Source: Yuukianura sp. NJ FZ-2021
Lineage: Eukaryota
Direction: 5' to 3'
Assembly: GCA_046563655.1 (NCBI GenBank)
Contig: CM102287.1
Location: 744,001-808,000, forward strand
DNA length: 64,000 nt
The notes under the pieces are model-generated. The model saw nothing but the letters and a program-made list of their open reading frames with translations, was not told where the DNA came from and did no database searches. A program made the translations under genes and the position numbers. Positions 39,001 through 50,588 of the stretch are shown here, piece by piece (position 1 is the stretch's first letter; each line of letters starts with the position of its first letter).

Positions 39001-40373
39001 ATTCACTGATAGTCTAGTGTTAAAGTGTAAAAACTTGTCCATTTGCTCCGTATCCATGGGAAACTGGATACAATCCCAGTCGACTGCATGAGGAAAATTG
39101 TCGTAGCTTCTCGGGTCCGTAATTTTATACCAATGAGCAGAGTCGTTCTTATACAGCGGGTACAACTCCGACAAAATTGCATATTTGAAACACTGGTCGT
39201 CAGAATTTCTAATGTTCACAACACATCCCTTCCTGGTCATATGAGCAGGCGTCGCAATCCAGCCATCTCCACGCTGCATTCGGTACACGGAAAATTTGAA
39301 TGTAATCCATTTGAATCGACTAACACGCCATCCAGAGCCCTTCCTCAAGAATGCGGCTATTGTATCTCCAATTTTGTTTGACATAAGCCGAAGGGTATTT
39401 TGAATCATTCTGGGTTCTAAGGTGATGTGCGTAAATGAACGGAATGGAAAGTCCTCAACTTGTTGTTCAGTGTTACTTCCATGAACTTGTCTTGTCATTT
39501 CAACTAGTGCAACACTGCTCACCAAATACGACCCGATTTCACCATGAATCCTTCTCATCAATTCCCGCAAAGTTGCTGAACAGTGGGCAAAAACACCAGC
39601 CACATCCACAAACACATCTTCATCAAACGTTGCGGTATATTCGCGCGTGGTACCGCCGAAAGCAGTCAATTCATCGAAATGTACTTCATTCTCTGGAGCA
39701 CTTCCACCCTGTTGGTTTTCAACAGAAGGATACAGTTCTGGGTGAGTATTGTACTGGTGCTCATCCAACTGCCCAGGATACTCAAAATTTATTCCACACT
39801 GAGCACAAAATCGTCTCTTGTAATTCCTCAATTCCAACGCAACAGCATCTCGCTCTAAATTGAAGGACAAAATTATTTTTAGAAAAAATTTCATCATCAT
39901 GACATTCTAACCTTCCGTCAGTTGGTGCTGAAGGGGTACAGATGCCGACCGTGAACTACTTGTACCAGCAACTGAGACCTAAAAATAACCAACAACAATC
40001 AAAACATGCTCTGCTCTCGAATTATTAATTTGCGATTACCTGGTAATTGAATACTTGGATGCAGTTGTTGAATGTGACTTATAAAATCTCGTTCAGAAAG
40101 CCCCCTCAAGTTACATGTTTCGCATCCGTATTGTCTTCCAGCGAATGCCCCCGACGTATCATAATGCTCAGTTTGAATGTCTTCTAACAATTCACCTATT
40201 GTAACAAGAATTTTAAAAACAATGCGTATTACTGTATCAATTGTTTTAAGCTTACCAGGTATTTCAATGTCCAGATGGGTTGTTTGGACGTGATGTAAGA
40301 ATTGTTGTGCACCTAAATTTTGCAATTGGCATCTGTCACAAGAGTAAAATCTACTAGAACTGAAACCAGACAT
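36049..40373 (-). CDS. polB: Protein-primed family B DNA polymerase with HNH/EndoVII-like insert; predicted 4 exons (40373-40256, 40195-40040, 39971-39912, 39854-36049)
   Basis: Exo motifs CDFE, FHNFRNYDSHF; HNH CIHC...DHCHLTG.IRG..CNNCN; pol motifs DANLLY, KAMGNIVFGK, TDTDS. Three short GT-AG phase-1 introns join upstream C2H2 exons in frame. The main ORF is certain; the splicing is predicted. Confidence 0.93.
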
Positions 40374-40405
40374 TTTTCTCCTCCCTGCATGTGTACTGGT
40401 TAAAG

Positions 40406-41444
40406 GCAACTGAGCAGTGGATTTTCTTCAAAATGTTACCCTGCTTCACTCAAATGTTTGAGTTGCAAGTTCCAACCCACATTCGCTTTAGACTGTATGA
40501 GAAAACAAATCCTTCCAAAAAATCCCCCGACACAAATCGGAGGTTTTTGAGAAAGTGAGATGCATCCTCCCCCGCTCCTCAAAAACAAATTGGAAAAGGT
40601 TTAAAAAAAAAGCAGCATTCTTCTTCTCCTCTTTTTTTACATTGTTAAAAATACTAAAAAAAAAGAGTGAGAGAGGGGGAGCCCCCCCCCCCTGGGGGAC
40701 TGATCGTGCAACTTTTACTAAAAAGGGGGTTCCCTTACCGTTTCCTTGGGTTTTTTTTTCCCAGCGTGTCCACAGTGGATTAAAATCCTGCGTTTCTCTT
40801 TGGATTTTCTCCAGCGTGTCCACAGTGGATTTTTTCCTGCGTTCTCATTGGGATTTAAATCCCTGCCTAGACATTGAGTTTTAAATCCCTGCGTTCTATT
40901 ATTTTTTTTATTCGTGCGTCAACTTGTTTTTGTTTTTAAACTATGACTTGTTAGACTTTAGAAGAACTGCTTTTTGTGTAAAGATACATCAGGGTGGGAA
41001 TGAGGAGTGGGGGATGCATCTCACTTTGTCAAAAACCACACCTCCCAAAAAGCATGGTTTAGCCAGTAAAACTGTGATGGAAAGGTCCCATCTCAGTTCC
41101 ACGGGCTAAACTAAGATTGGGAGAAAAAAAGAGATCATCATTTTCTCATGCACTCTGAAAGTGCAACTAGGTCATGTTTACATTTTTGAACTGTAGGTCA
41201 GGTTTGTTTTTGTTTTTGCTTTTACTCGCAGACAGTGCAACTGCACTGTTTACATTTTTGAACTGTAGGTCAGGTTTGTTTTTGTTTTTGCTTTTACTCG
41301 CAGACAGTGCAACTGCACTGTCTGCAACTTTTGTCAGTGCAGTTGCACTGACAAAAGTTGGGTGTCGAAAAGTAGGTCATGTTTACATGTTTTGACCTAC
41401 AGGTCAAGTTTGTTTTTACTAGCGCCCACAGAGTGTATACTACT
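40406..41444 (-). repeat. Right terminal inverted repeat (1039 bp)
   Basis: Reverse complement of 24839-25877; the same 73-aa spurious ORF appears in both TIRs on opposite strands. Confidence 0.95.
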
Positions 41445-44400
41445 ATCGTTCCGGAATGCATTTCTTTTGAATTCTCTGCTTTGAAACATGAATTTTCATA
41501 AATAAAGGTAACAAGATGAGGGACGACACAGCAAGTGAAAGTGGGTTCCTGTAGCCCTTTTTATGAGGATTTCAAAAATATAATTTACTTTCTGTTCATT
41601 CTCACATTTGCATGTTCATTCTCACAAATTTAAGTCGTTTTGCGTCAAAATGGTGCTCGGCATTCCCCTGGGTGCCGTATTCGAACCCCAGACAAAATTC
41701 GAGGCGGAGCGATTTATCCCGACTTTTAAGTCCGCCCTATCCAGATTTAATGGCGATCTATCCACACCAATGAAACTTGGGGTCCTGCAGTACGTTTCAT
41801 AAGGATTTCAGAAAACTAACTCATTTTCACCCGGCATCGTTCCGCGCGGAGGTTTTTCGAATGTTCTGTTTTGAAACAAATTTTCATAAATAAAAGTAAC
41901 GAGATGAGGGACGATACAGCAAGTGAAAGTGGGTTCCTGTAGCACTTTTTATGAGGATTTCAAAAATGTTGTTGCCTTTTACCCAGCATCGTTCCGGAAT
42001 GCATTCCTTTTGAATTCTCTGCTTTGAAACATGAATTTTCATAAATAAAGGTAACAAGATGAGGGACGATACAGCAAGTGAAAGTGGGTTCCTGTAGCAC
42101 TTTTTATGAGGATTTCAAAAATGTTGTTGCCTTTTACCCAGCATCGTTCCGGAATGCATTTCTTTTGAATTCTCTGCTTTGAAACATGAATTTTCATAAA
42201 TAAAGGTAACAAGATGAGGGACGACACAGCAAGTGAAAGTGGGTTCCTGTAGCCCTTTTTATGAGGATTTCAAAAATATAATTTACTTTCTGTTCATTCT
42301 CACATTTGCATGTTCATTCTCACAAATTTAAGTCGTTTTGCGTCAAAATGGTGCTCGGCATTCCCCTGATTCCCCTGGGTGCCGTATTCGAACCCCAGAC
42401 AAAATTCGAGGCGGAGCGATTTATCCTGACTTTTAAGTCCGCCCTATCCAGATTTAATGGCGATCTATCCACACCAATGAAACTTGGGGTCCAGCAGTAC
42501 GTTTCATAAGGATTTCAGAAAACTAACTCATTTTCACCCGGCATCGTTCCGCGCGGAGGTTTTTCGAATGTTCTGTTTTGAAACAAATTTTCATAAATAA
42601 AAGTAACGAGATGAGGGACGATACAGCAAGTGAAAGTGGGTTCCTGTAGCACTTTTTATGAGGATTTCAAAAATGTTGTTGCCTTTTACCCAGCATCGTT
42701 CCGGAATGCATTCCTTTTGAATTCTCTGCTTTGAAACATGAATTTTCATAAATAAAGGTAACAAGATGAGGGACGATACAGCAAGTGAAAGTGGGTTCCT
42801 GTAGCACTTTTTATGAGGATTTCAAAAATGTTGTTGCCTTTTACCCAGCATCGTTCCGGAATGCATTTCTTTTGAATTCTCTGCTTTGAAACATGAATTT
42901 TCATAAATAAAGGTAACAAGATGAGGGACGACACAGCAAGTGAAAGTGGGTTCCAGTAGCCCTTTTTATGAGGATTTCAAAAATATAATTTACTTTCTGT
43001 TCATTCTCACATTTGCATGTTCATTCTCACAAATTTAAGTCGTTTTGCGTCAAAATGGTGCTCGGCATTCCCCTGGGTGCCGTATTCGAACCCCAGACAA
43101 AATTCGAGGCGGAGCGATTTATCCCGACTTTTAAGTCCGCCCTATCCAGATTTAATGGCGATCTATCCACACCAATGAAACTTGGGGTCCTGCAGTACGT
43201 TTCATAAGGATTTCAGAAAACTAACTCATTTTCACCCGGCATCGTTCCGCGCGGAGGTTTTTCGAATGTTCTGTTTTGAAACAAATTTTCATAAATAAAA
43301 GTAACGAGATGAGGGACGATACAGCAAGTGAAAGTGGGTTCCTGTAGCACTTTTTATGAGGATTTCAAAAATGTTGTTGCCTTTTACCCAGCATCGTTCC
43401 GGAATGCATTCCTTTTGAATTCTCTGCTTTGAAACATGAATTTTCATAAATAAAGGTAACAAGATGAGGGACGATACAGCAAGTGAAAGTGGGTTCCTGT
43501 AGCACTTTTTATGAGGATTTCAAAAATGTTGTTGCCTTTTACCCAGCATCGTTCCGGAATGCATTTCTTTTGAATTCTCTGCTTTGAAACATGAATTTTC
43601 ATAAATAAAGGTAACAAGATGAGGGACGACACAGCAAGTGAAAGTGGGTTCCTGTAGCCCTTTTTATGAGGATTTCAAAAATATAATTTACTTTCTGTTC
43701 ATTCTCACATTTGCATGTTCATTCTCACAAATTTAAGTCGTTTTGCGTCAAAATGGTGCTCGGCATTCCCCTGATTCCCCTGGGTGCCGTATTCGAACCC
43801 CAGACAAAATTCGAGGCGGAGCGATTTATCCCGACTTTTAAGTCCGCCCTATCCAGATTTAATGGCGATCTATCCACACCAATGAAACTTGGGGTCCTGC
43901 AGTACGTTTCATAAGGATTTCAGAAAACTAACTCATTTTCACCCGGCATCGTTCCGCGCGGAGGTTTTTCGAATGTTCTGTTTTGAAACAAATTTTCATA
44001 AATAAAAGTAACGAGATGAGGGACGATACAGCAAGTGAAAGTGGGTTCCTGTAGCACTTTTTATGAGGATTTCAAAAATGTAGTTGACTTTTACCCAGCA
44101 TCGTTCCGGAATGCATTTCTTTTGAATTCTCTGTTTTGAAACATGAATTTTCATAAATAAAGGTAACAAGATGAGGGACGACACAGCAAGTGAAAGTGGG
44201 TTCCTGTAGCCCTTTTTATGAGGATTTCAAAAATATAATTTACTTTCTGTTCATTCTCACATTTGCATGTTCATTCTCACAAATTTAAGTCGTTTTGCGT
44301 CAAAATGGTGCTCGGCATTCCCTGGGTGCCGTATTCCAACCCCAGACAAAATTCGAGGCGGAGCGATTTATCCCGACTTTTAAGTCCGCCCTATCCAGAT

Positions 44401-47400
44401 TTAATGGCGATCTATCCACACCAATGAAACTTGGGGTCCTGCAGTACGTTTCATAAGGATTTCAGAAAACTAACTCATTTTCACCCGGCATCGTTCCGCG
44501 CGGAGGTTTTTCGAATGTTCTGTTTTGAAACAAATTTTCATAAATAAAAGTAACGAGATGAGGGACGATACAGCAAGTGAAAGTGGGTTCCTGTAGCACT
44601 TTTTATGAGGATTTCAAAAATGTTGTTGCCTTTTACCCAGCATCGTTCCGGAATGCATTTCTTTTGAATTCTCTGCTTTGAAACATGAATTTTCATAAAT
44701 AAAGGTAACAAGATGAGGGACGACACAGCAAGTGAAAGTGGGTTCCTGTAGCACTTTTTATGAGGATTTCAAAAATGTAGTTGACTTTTACCCAGCATCG
44801 TTCCGGAATGCATTTCTTTTGAATTCTCTGTTTTGAAACATGAATTTTCATAAATAAAGGTAACAAGATGAGGGACGACACAGCAAGTGAAAGTGGGTTC
44901 CTGTAGCCCTTTTTATGAGGATTTCAAAAATATAATTTACTTTCTGTTCATTCTCACATTTGAATGTTCATTCTCACAAATTTAAGTCGTTTTGCGTCAA
45001 AATGGTGCTCGGCATTCCCCTGGGTGCCGTATTCGAACCCCAGACAAAATTCGAGGCGGAGCGATTTATCCCGACTTTTAAGTCCGCCCTATCCAGATTT
45101 AATGGCGATCTATCCACACCAATGAAACTTGGGGTCCTGCAGTACGTTTCATAAGGATTTCAGAAAACTAACTCATTTTCACCCGGCATCGTTCCGCGCG
45201 GAGGTTTTTCAAATGTTCTGTTTTGAAACAAATTTTCATAAATAAAAGTAACGAGATGAGGGACGATACAGCAAGTGAAAGTGGGTTCCTGTAGCACTTT
45301 TTATGAGGATTTCAAAAATGTTGTTGCCTTTTACCCAGCATCGTTCCGGAATGCATTCCTTTTGAATTCTCTGCTTTGAAACATGAATTTTCATAAATAA
45401 AGGTAACAAGATGAGGGACGATACAGCAAGTGAAAGTGGGTTCCTGTAGCACTTTTTATGAGGATTTCAAAAATGTTGTTGCCTTTTACCCAGCATCGTT
45501 CCGGAATGCATTTCTTTTGAATTCTCTGTTTTGAAACATGAATTTTCATAAATAAAGGTAACAAGATGAGGGACGACACAGCAAGTGAAAGTGGGTTCCT
45601 GTAGCCCTTTTTATGAGGATTTCAAAAATATAATTTACTTTCTGTTCATTCTCACATTTGAATGTTCAGTCTCACAAATTTAAGTCGTTTTGCGTCAAAA
45701 TGGTGCTCGGCATTCCCTGGGTGCCGTATTCCAACCCCAGATAAAATTCGAGGCGGAGCGATTTATCCCGACTTTTAAGTCCGCCCTATCCAGATTTAAT
45801 GGCGATCTATCCACACCAATGAAACTTGGGGTCCTGCAGTACGTTTCATAAGGATTTCAGAAAACTAACTCATTTTCACCCGGCATCGTTCCGCGCGGAG
45901 GTTTTTCAAATGTTCTGTTTTGAAACAAATTTTCATAAATAAAAGTAACGAGATGAGGGACGATACAGCAAGTGAAAGTGGGTTCCTGTAGCACTTTTTA
46001 TGAGGATTTCAAAAATGTTGTTGCCTTTTACCCAGCATCGTTCCGGAATGCATTCCTTTTGAATTCTCTGCTTTGAAACATGAATTTTCATAAATAAAGG
46101 TAACAAGATGAGGGACGATACAGCAAGTGAAAGTGGGTTCCTGTAGCACTTTTTATGAGGATTTCAAAAATGTTGTTGCCTTTTACCCAGCATCGTTCCG
46201 GAATGCATTTCTTTTGAATTCTCTGTTTTGAAACATGAATTTTCATAAATAAAGGTAACAAGATGAGGGACGACACAGCAAGTGAAAGTGGGTTCCTGTA
46301 GCCCTTTTTATGAGGATTTCAAAAATATAATTTACTTTCTGTTCATTCTCACATTTGAATGTTCAGTCTCACAAATTTAAGTCGTTTTGCGTCAAAATGG
46401 TGCTCGGCATTCCCCTGGGTGCCGTATTCCAACCCCAGATAAAATTCGAGGCGGAGCGATTTATCCCGACTTTTAAGTCCGCCCTATCCAGATTTAATGG
46501 CGATCTATCCACACCAATGAAACTTGGGGTCCTGCAGTACGTTTCATAAGGATTTCAGAAAACTAACTCATTTTCACCCGGCATCGTTCCGCGCGGAGGT
46601 TTTTCGAATGTTTTGTTTTGAAACAAATTTTCATAAATAAAAGTAACGAGATGAGGGACGACACAGCAAGTGAAAGTGGGTTCCTGTAGCACTTTTTATG
46701 AGGATTTCAAAAATGTTGTTGCCTTTTACCCAGCATCGTTCCGGAATGCATTTCTTTTGAATTCTCTATTTTGAAACATGAATTTTCATAAATAAAGGTA
46801 ACAAGATGAGGGACGACACAGCAAGTGAAAGTGGGTTCCTGTAGCCCTTTTTATGAGGATTTCAAAAATATAATTTACTTTCTGTTCATTCTCACATTTG
46901 CATGTTCATTCTCACAAATTTAAGTCGTTTTGCGTCAAAATGGTGCTCGGCATTCCCCTGGGTGCAGTATTCCAACCCCAAACAAAATTCGAGGCGGAGC
47001 GATTTATCCCGACTTTTAAGTCCGCCCTATCCAGATTTAATGGCGATCTATCCACACCAATGAAACTTGGGGTCCTGCAGTACGTTTCATAAGGATTTCA
47101 GAAAACTAACTCATTTTCACCCGGCATCGTTCCGCGCGGAGGTTTTTCGAATGTTCTGTTTTGAAACAAATTTTCATAAATAAAAGTAACGAGATGAGGG
47201 ACGATACAGCAAGTGAAAGTGGGTTCCTGTAGCACTTTTTATGAGGATTTCAAAAATGTTGTTGCCTTTTACCCAGCATCGTTCCGGAATGCATTCCTTT
47301 TGAATTCTCTGCTTTGAAACATGAATTTTCATAAATAAAGGTAACAAGATGAGGGACGATACAGCAAGTGAAAGTGGGTTCCTGTAGCACTTTTTATGAG

Positions 47401-48810
47401 GATTTCAAAAATGTTGTTGCCTTTTACCCAGCATCGTTCCGGAATGCATTTCTTTTGAATTCTCTGCTTTGAAACATGAATTTTCATAAATAAAGGTAAC
47501 AAGATGAGGGACGACACAGCAAGTGAAAGTGGGTTCCTGTAGCCCTTTTTATGAGGATTTCAAAAATATAATTTACTTTCTGTTCATTCTCACATTTGCA
47601 TGTTCATTCTCACAAATTTAAGTCGTTTTGCGTCAAAATGGTGCTCGGCATTCCCCTGGGTGCCGTATTCGAACCCCAGACAAAATTCGAGGCGGAGCGA
47701 TTTATCCCGACTTTTAAGTCCGCCCTATCCAGATTTAATGGCGATCTATCCACACCAATGAAACTTGGGGTCCTGCAGTACGTTTCATAAGGATTTCAGA
47801 AAACTAACTCATTTTCACCCGGCATCGTTCCGCGCGGAGGTTTTTCGAATGTTCTGTTTTGAAACAAATTTTCATAAATAAAAGTAACGAGATGAGGGAC
47901 GATACAGCAAGTGAAAGTGGGTTCCTGTAGCACTTTTTATGAGGATTTCAAAAATGTTGTTGCCTTTTACCCAGCATCGTTCCGGAATGCATTCCTTTTG
48001 AATTCTCTGCTTTGAAACATGAATTTTCATAAATAAAGGTAACAAGATGAGGGACGATACAGCAAGTGAAAGTGGGTTCCTGTAGCACTTTTTATGAGGA
48101 TTTCAAAAATGTTGTTGCCTTTTACCCAGCATCGTTCCGGAATGCATTTCTTTTGAATTCTCTGCTTTGAAACATGAATTTTCATAAATAAAGGTAACAA
48201 GATGAGGGACGACACAGCAAGTGAAAGTGGGTTCCTGTAGCCCTTTTTATGAGGATTTCAAAAATATAATTTACTTTCTGTTCATTCTCACATTTGCATG
48301 TTCATTCTCACAAATTTAAGTCGTTTTGCGTCAAAATGGTGCTCGGCATTCCCCTGATTCCCCTGGGTGCCGTATTCGAACCCCAGACAAAATTCGAGGC
48401 GGAGCGATTTATCCTGACTTTTAAGTCCGCCCTATCCAGATTTAATGGCGATCTATCCACACCAATGAAACTTGGGGTCCAGCAGTACGTTTCATAAGGA
48501 TTTCAGAAAACTAACTCATTTTCACCCGGCATCGTTCCGCGCGGAGGTTTTTCGAATGTTCTGTTTTGAAACAAATTTTCATAAATAAAAGTAACGAGAT
48601 GAGGGACGATACAGCAAGTGAAAGTGGGTTCCTGTAGCACTTTTTATGAGGATTTCAAAAATGTAGTTGACTTTTACCCAGCATCGTTCCGGAATGCATT
48701 TCTTTTGAATTCTCTGTTTTGAAACATGAATTTTCATAAATAAAGGTAACAAGATGAGGGACGACACAGCAAGTGAAAGTGGGTTCCTGTAGCCCTTTTT
48801 ATGAGGATTT
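41445..48810. repeat. Satellite DNA array, right part (same family, resumes in register)
   Basis: Same 543/698-bp units continue from the TSD to the assembly gap. Confidence 0.98.
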
Positions 48811-48910
48811 NNNNNNNNNNNNNNNNNNNNNNNNNNNNNNNNNNNNNNNNNNNNNNNNNNNNNNNNNNNNNNNNNNNNNNNNNNNNNNNNNNNNNNNNNN
48901 NNNNNNNNNN
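48811..48910. other. Assembly gap (100 N)
   Basis: Run of exactly 100 N, usually a placeholder for a gap of unknown size. Confidence 0.99.
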
Positions 48911-50036
48911 GGGCGTTTTGCTGCTTTTTTGGCGGTTCGTCCTTGTGGTCGGAGATAGATTGCCTTGGAAACGGTTGTTGTATTTTCGTCCGGTTTAGTT
49001 GCTGATTCAATTCCATATGTAACCTGTAAAGTTTTAAATAACATATTTTAAATTATACGATAGTTGCTTGTAAATATAACTTCAATTCGAAACATGATCT
49101 TTATACCTTTCCAAGTCGCTGCTTTGTAGATGATTTAGCAGCAATTTGGTTGCGCCGTTTGTTTGGTTGTGCAACCTTGACGATCATCTGTGTCTTTGGC
49201 GCAGCGGCAGCAAGCTCTTGAGTCAAATTCTAATAAGGACAAAACAAAGATAGTTATTTTATACAACCTCGTCTTTATTTTGTTCTTACCTTGACAAATG
49301 CTGGCTTCTTTGGCGCAATCTTTTTTTCGATGGCGATGAGTTTGACTTCTTCCTCGTCCATACCCTTTTCGCTCTCTTCACTATCATCCTCTTCAAAGCT
49401 ATCTTCTTCTTCTTCTTCTTCTTCTTCTTCATCGTCATCTTCATCATTGTTGAGTTTATCATCGTCCAGCAAAAATTCCGGATCAGATTCCTTAAATAAT
49501 AAATCAAAAGTTAATTATGGAATTTTGCGCAACTTTTTAAATAAGAGTTGTAAATCTTACCTCACGCTCCACTGATGCTTTCTTTCGCATAGCTTCCTTT
49601 ACGGACTCCTGATACTGCTGAGAACGAGCTAAGGGGTTAACCCTTGAAGTGGCTAACTCTGCATTCCTTAGGTCATTCGAATTTGGACTCATTTCGGCTA
49701 CCATTTTTTCGGTTCTGGATGGAACTTCTTCCTCTAGGTCCACGGTGTTCGCTAAGAACAAATTAATCAAAAAAGTAAATTAAATGTAAGTTTTTCAAAA
49801 TGAACAGCACATTTGAATATTTACAAAATAGCTATTGCAACAATTGAAACAATGAAACAATTGTAAAATGAGGGCTTACCCCTTTTCAACCTTTGGGTCA
49901 TAGTTAGTTGACACAGATAACTTTGCAAAATGGAACGATGGTGGTGATTGATGCAACTCGTTCGCTGCTTAGGAGTTGTTTCTGTAACTGAGTTGGAACG
50001 ATGACTGAAACTTAGGGAGCGGCAAGCCTTCATCAT
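48911..50036 (-). CDS. Multi-exon gene for a low-complexity acidic/basic protein, 3'-truncated by the gap
   Basis: GT-AG introns 49879-49752, 49560-49491, 49289-49230 and 49106-49024 join the ORF pieces in frame (...QRLKR/ANTVDLEEE...VERE/ESDPEFLLDDD[poly-D/E]...FVK/NLTQELAAAA...LGK/VTYGIES...). The 5' start is uncertain. Confidence 0.65.
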
Positions 50037-50588
50037 GACAAATTAAAGTATCTAACGTTTATGCCTTAGCAACAATATGACACGGAATCTCTCATTGTCC
50101 TTCAATTCGTGAGAATTGAGGATTCAGCAAATTTTTAGTTTTGAAAACTGCAATTTAACAAAAATTGAGTGATTTTGGACTTTGTTTTACCTGACACATC
50201 GATAATACTTAATGTTCGCTTTCAATCTCAGGATCAAACGAGTTCATAGAAGTCAAACAGAAACTGGCCAAATTCATTTAGGTACTTAAGGGAATACAGT
50301 TGGACTTAAGTACCCTAGTTTAAGGAAAAATTTCATTCTGGGAAGGCTTAAACGCAGCGTTTTTTCCTTTATTCATCTACTTTTTGAAGCCTTGTATTTG
50401 GCATCTCAAACTTGTTCATTCTAAAATACACTTCAAAATTTTGCTCTGCAATATTGCTACAAAGTGACTATCAGCGCCACCTTTTGGACAATTGTTGAAA
50501 GACTCTAGAACTTGAAACACATGTAATTTGAAAGATGGAGTACTTATCTAAATTCATCTGCTGATTAATTCAAAACTTGTTTTAAGAC

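Larger units (their letters stand above)
24839..41444. mobile_element. Complete Polinton/Maverick (adintovirus-like) element, 16,606 bp, HNH-pPolB (group 2-like) type
   Basis: Begins AGTAGTATACAC and ends GTGTATACTACT. Flanked by the 6-bp direct repeat ATCGTT (24833-24838, 41445-41450). Has ~1-kb TIRs and the pPolB, integrase, ATPase, protease, MCP and penton gene set. Confidence 0.97.

Noticed and set aside
36460..39863. Many + strand ORFs opposite PolB, and similar ones overlapping MCP, protease, integrase and ATPase
   Set aside because: Antisense or off-frame shadows of well-supported genes, without motifs.
39858..39900. PolB start MMMKFFLKIILSF as a signal peptide
   Set aside because: It lies in an AT-rich GT...AG segment (39911-39855) better explained as an intron.
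174..48497. Dozens of repeated 62-67 aa ORFs (MSSLILL..., MNVHSHK...)
   Set aside because: Chance frames in satellite units, with GTG/TTG starts and no recognisable domain; some copies are disrupted by indels.
48579..49044. ORFs crossing the N run
   Set aside because: Artefacts of translating through an assembly gap.
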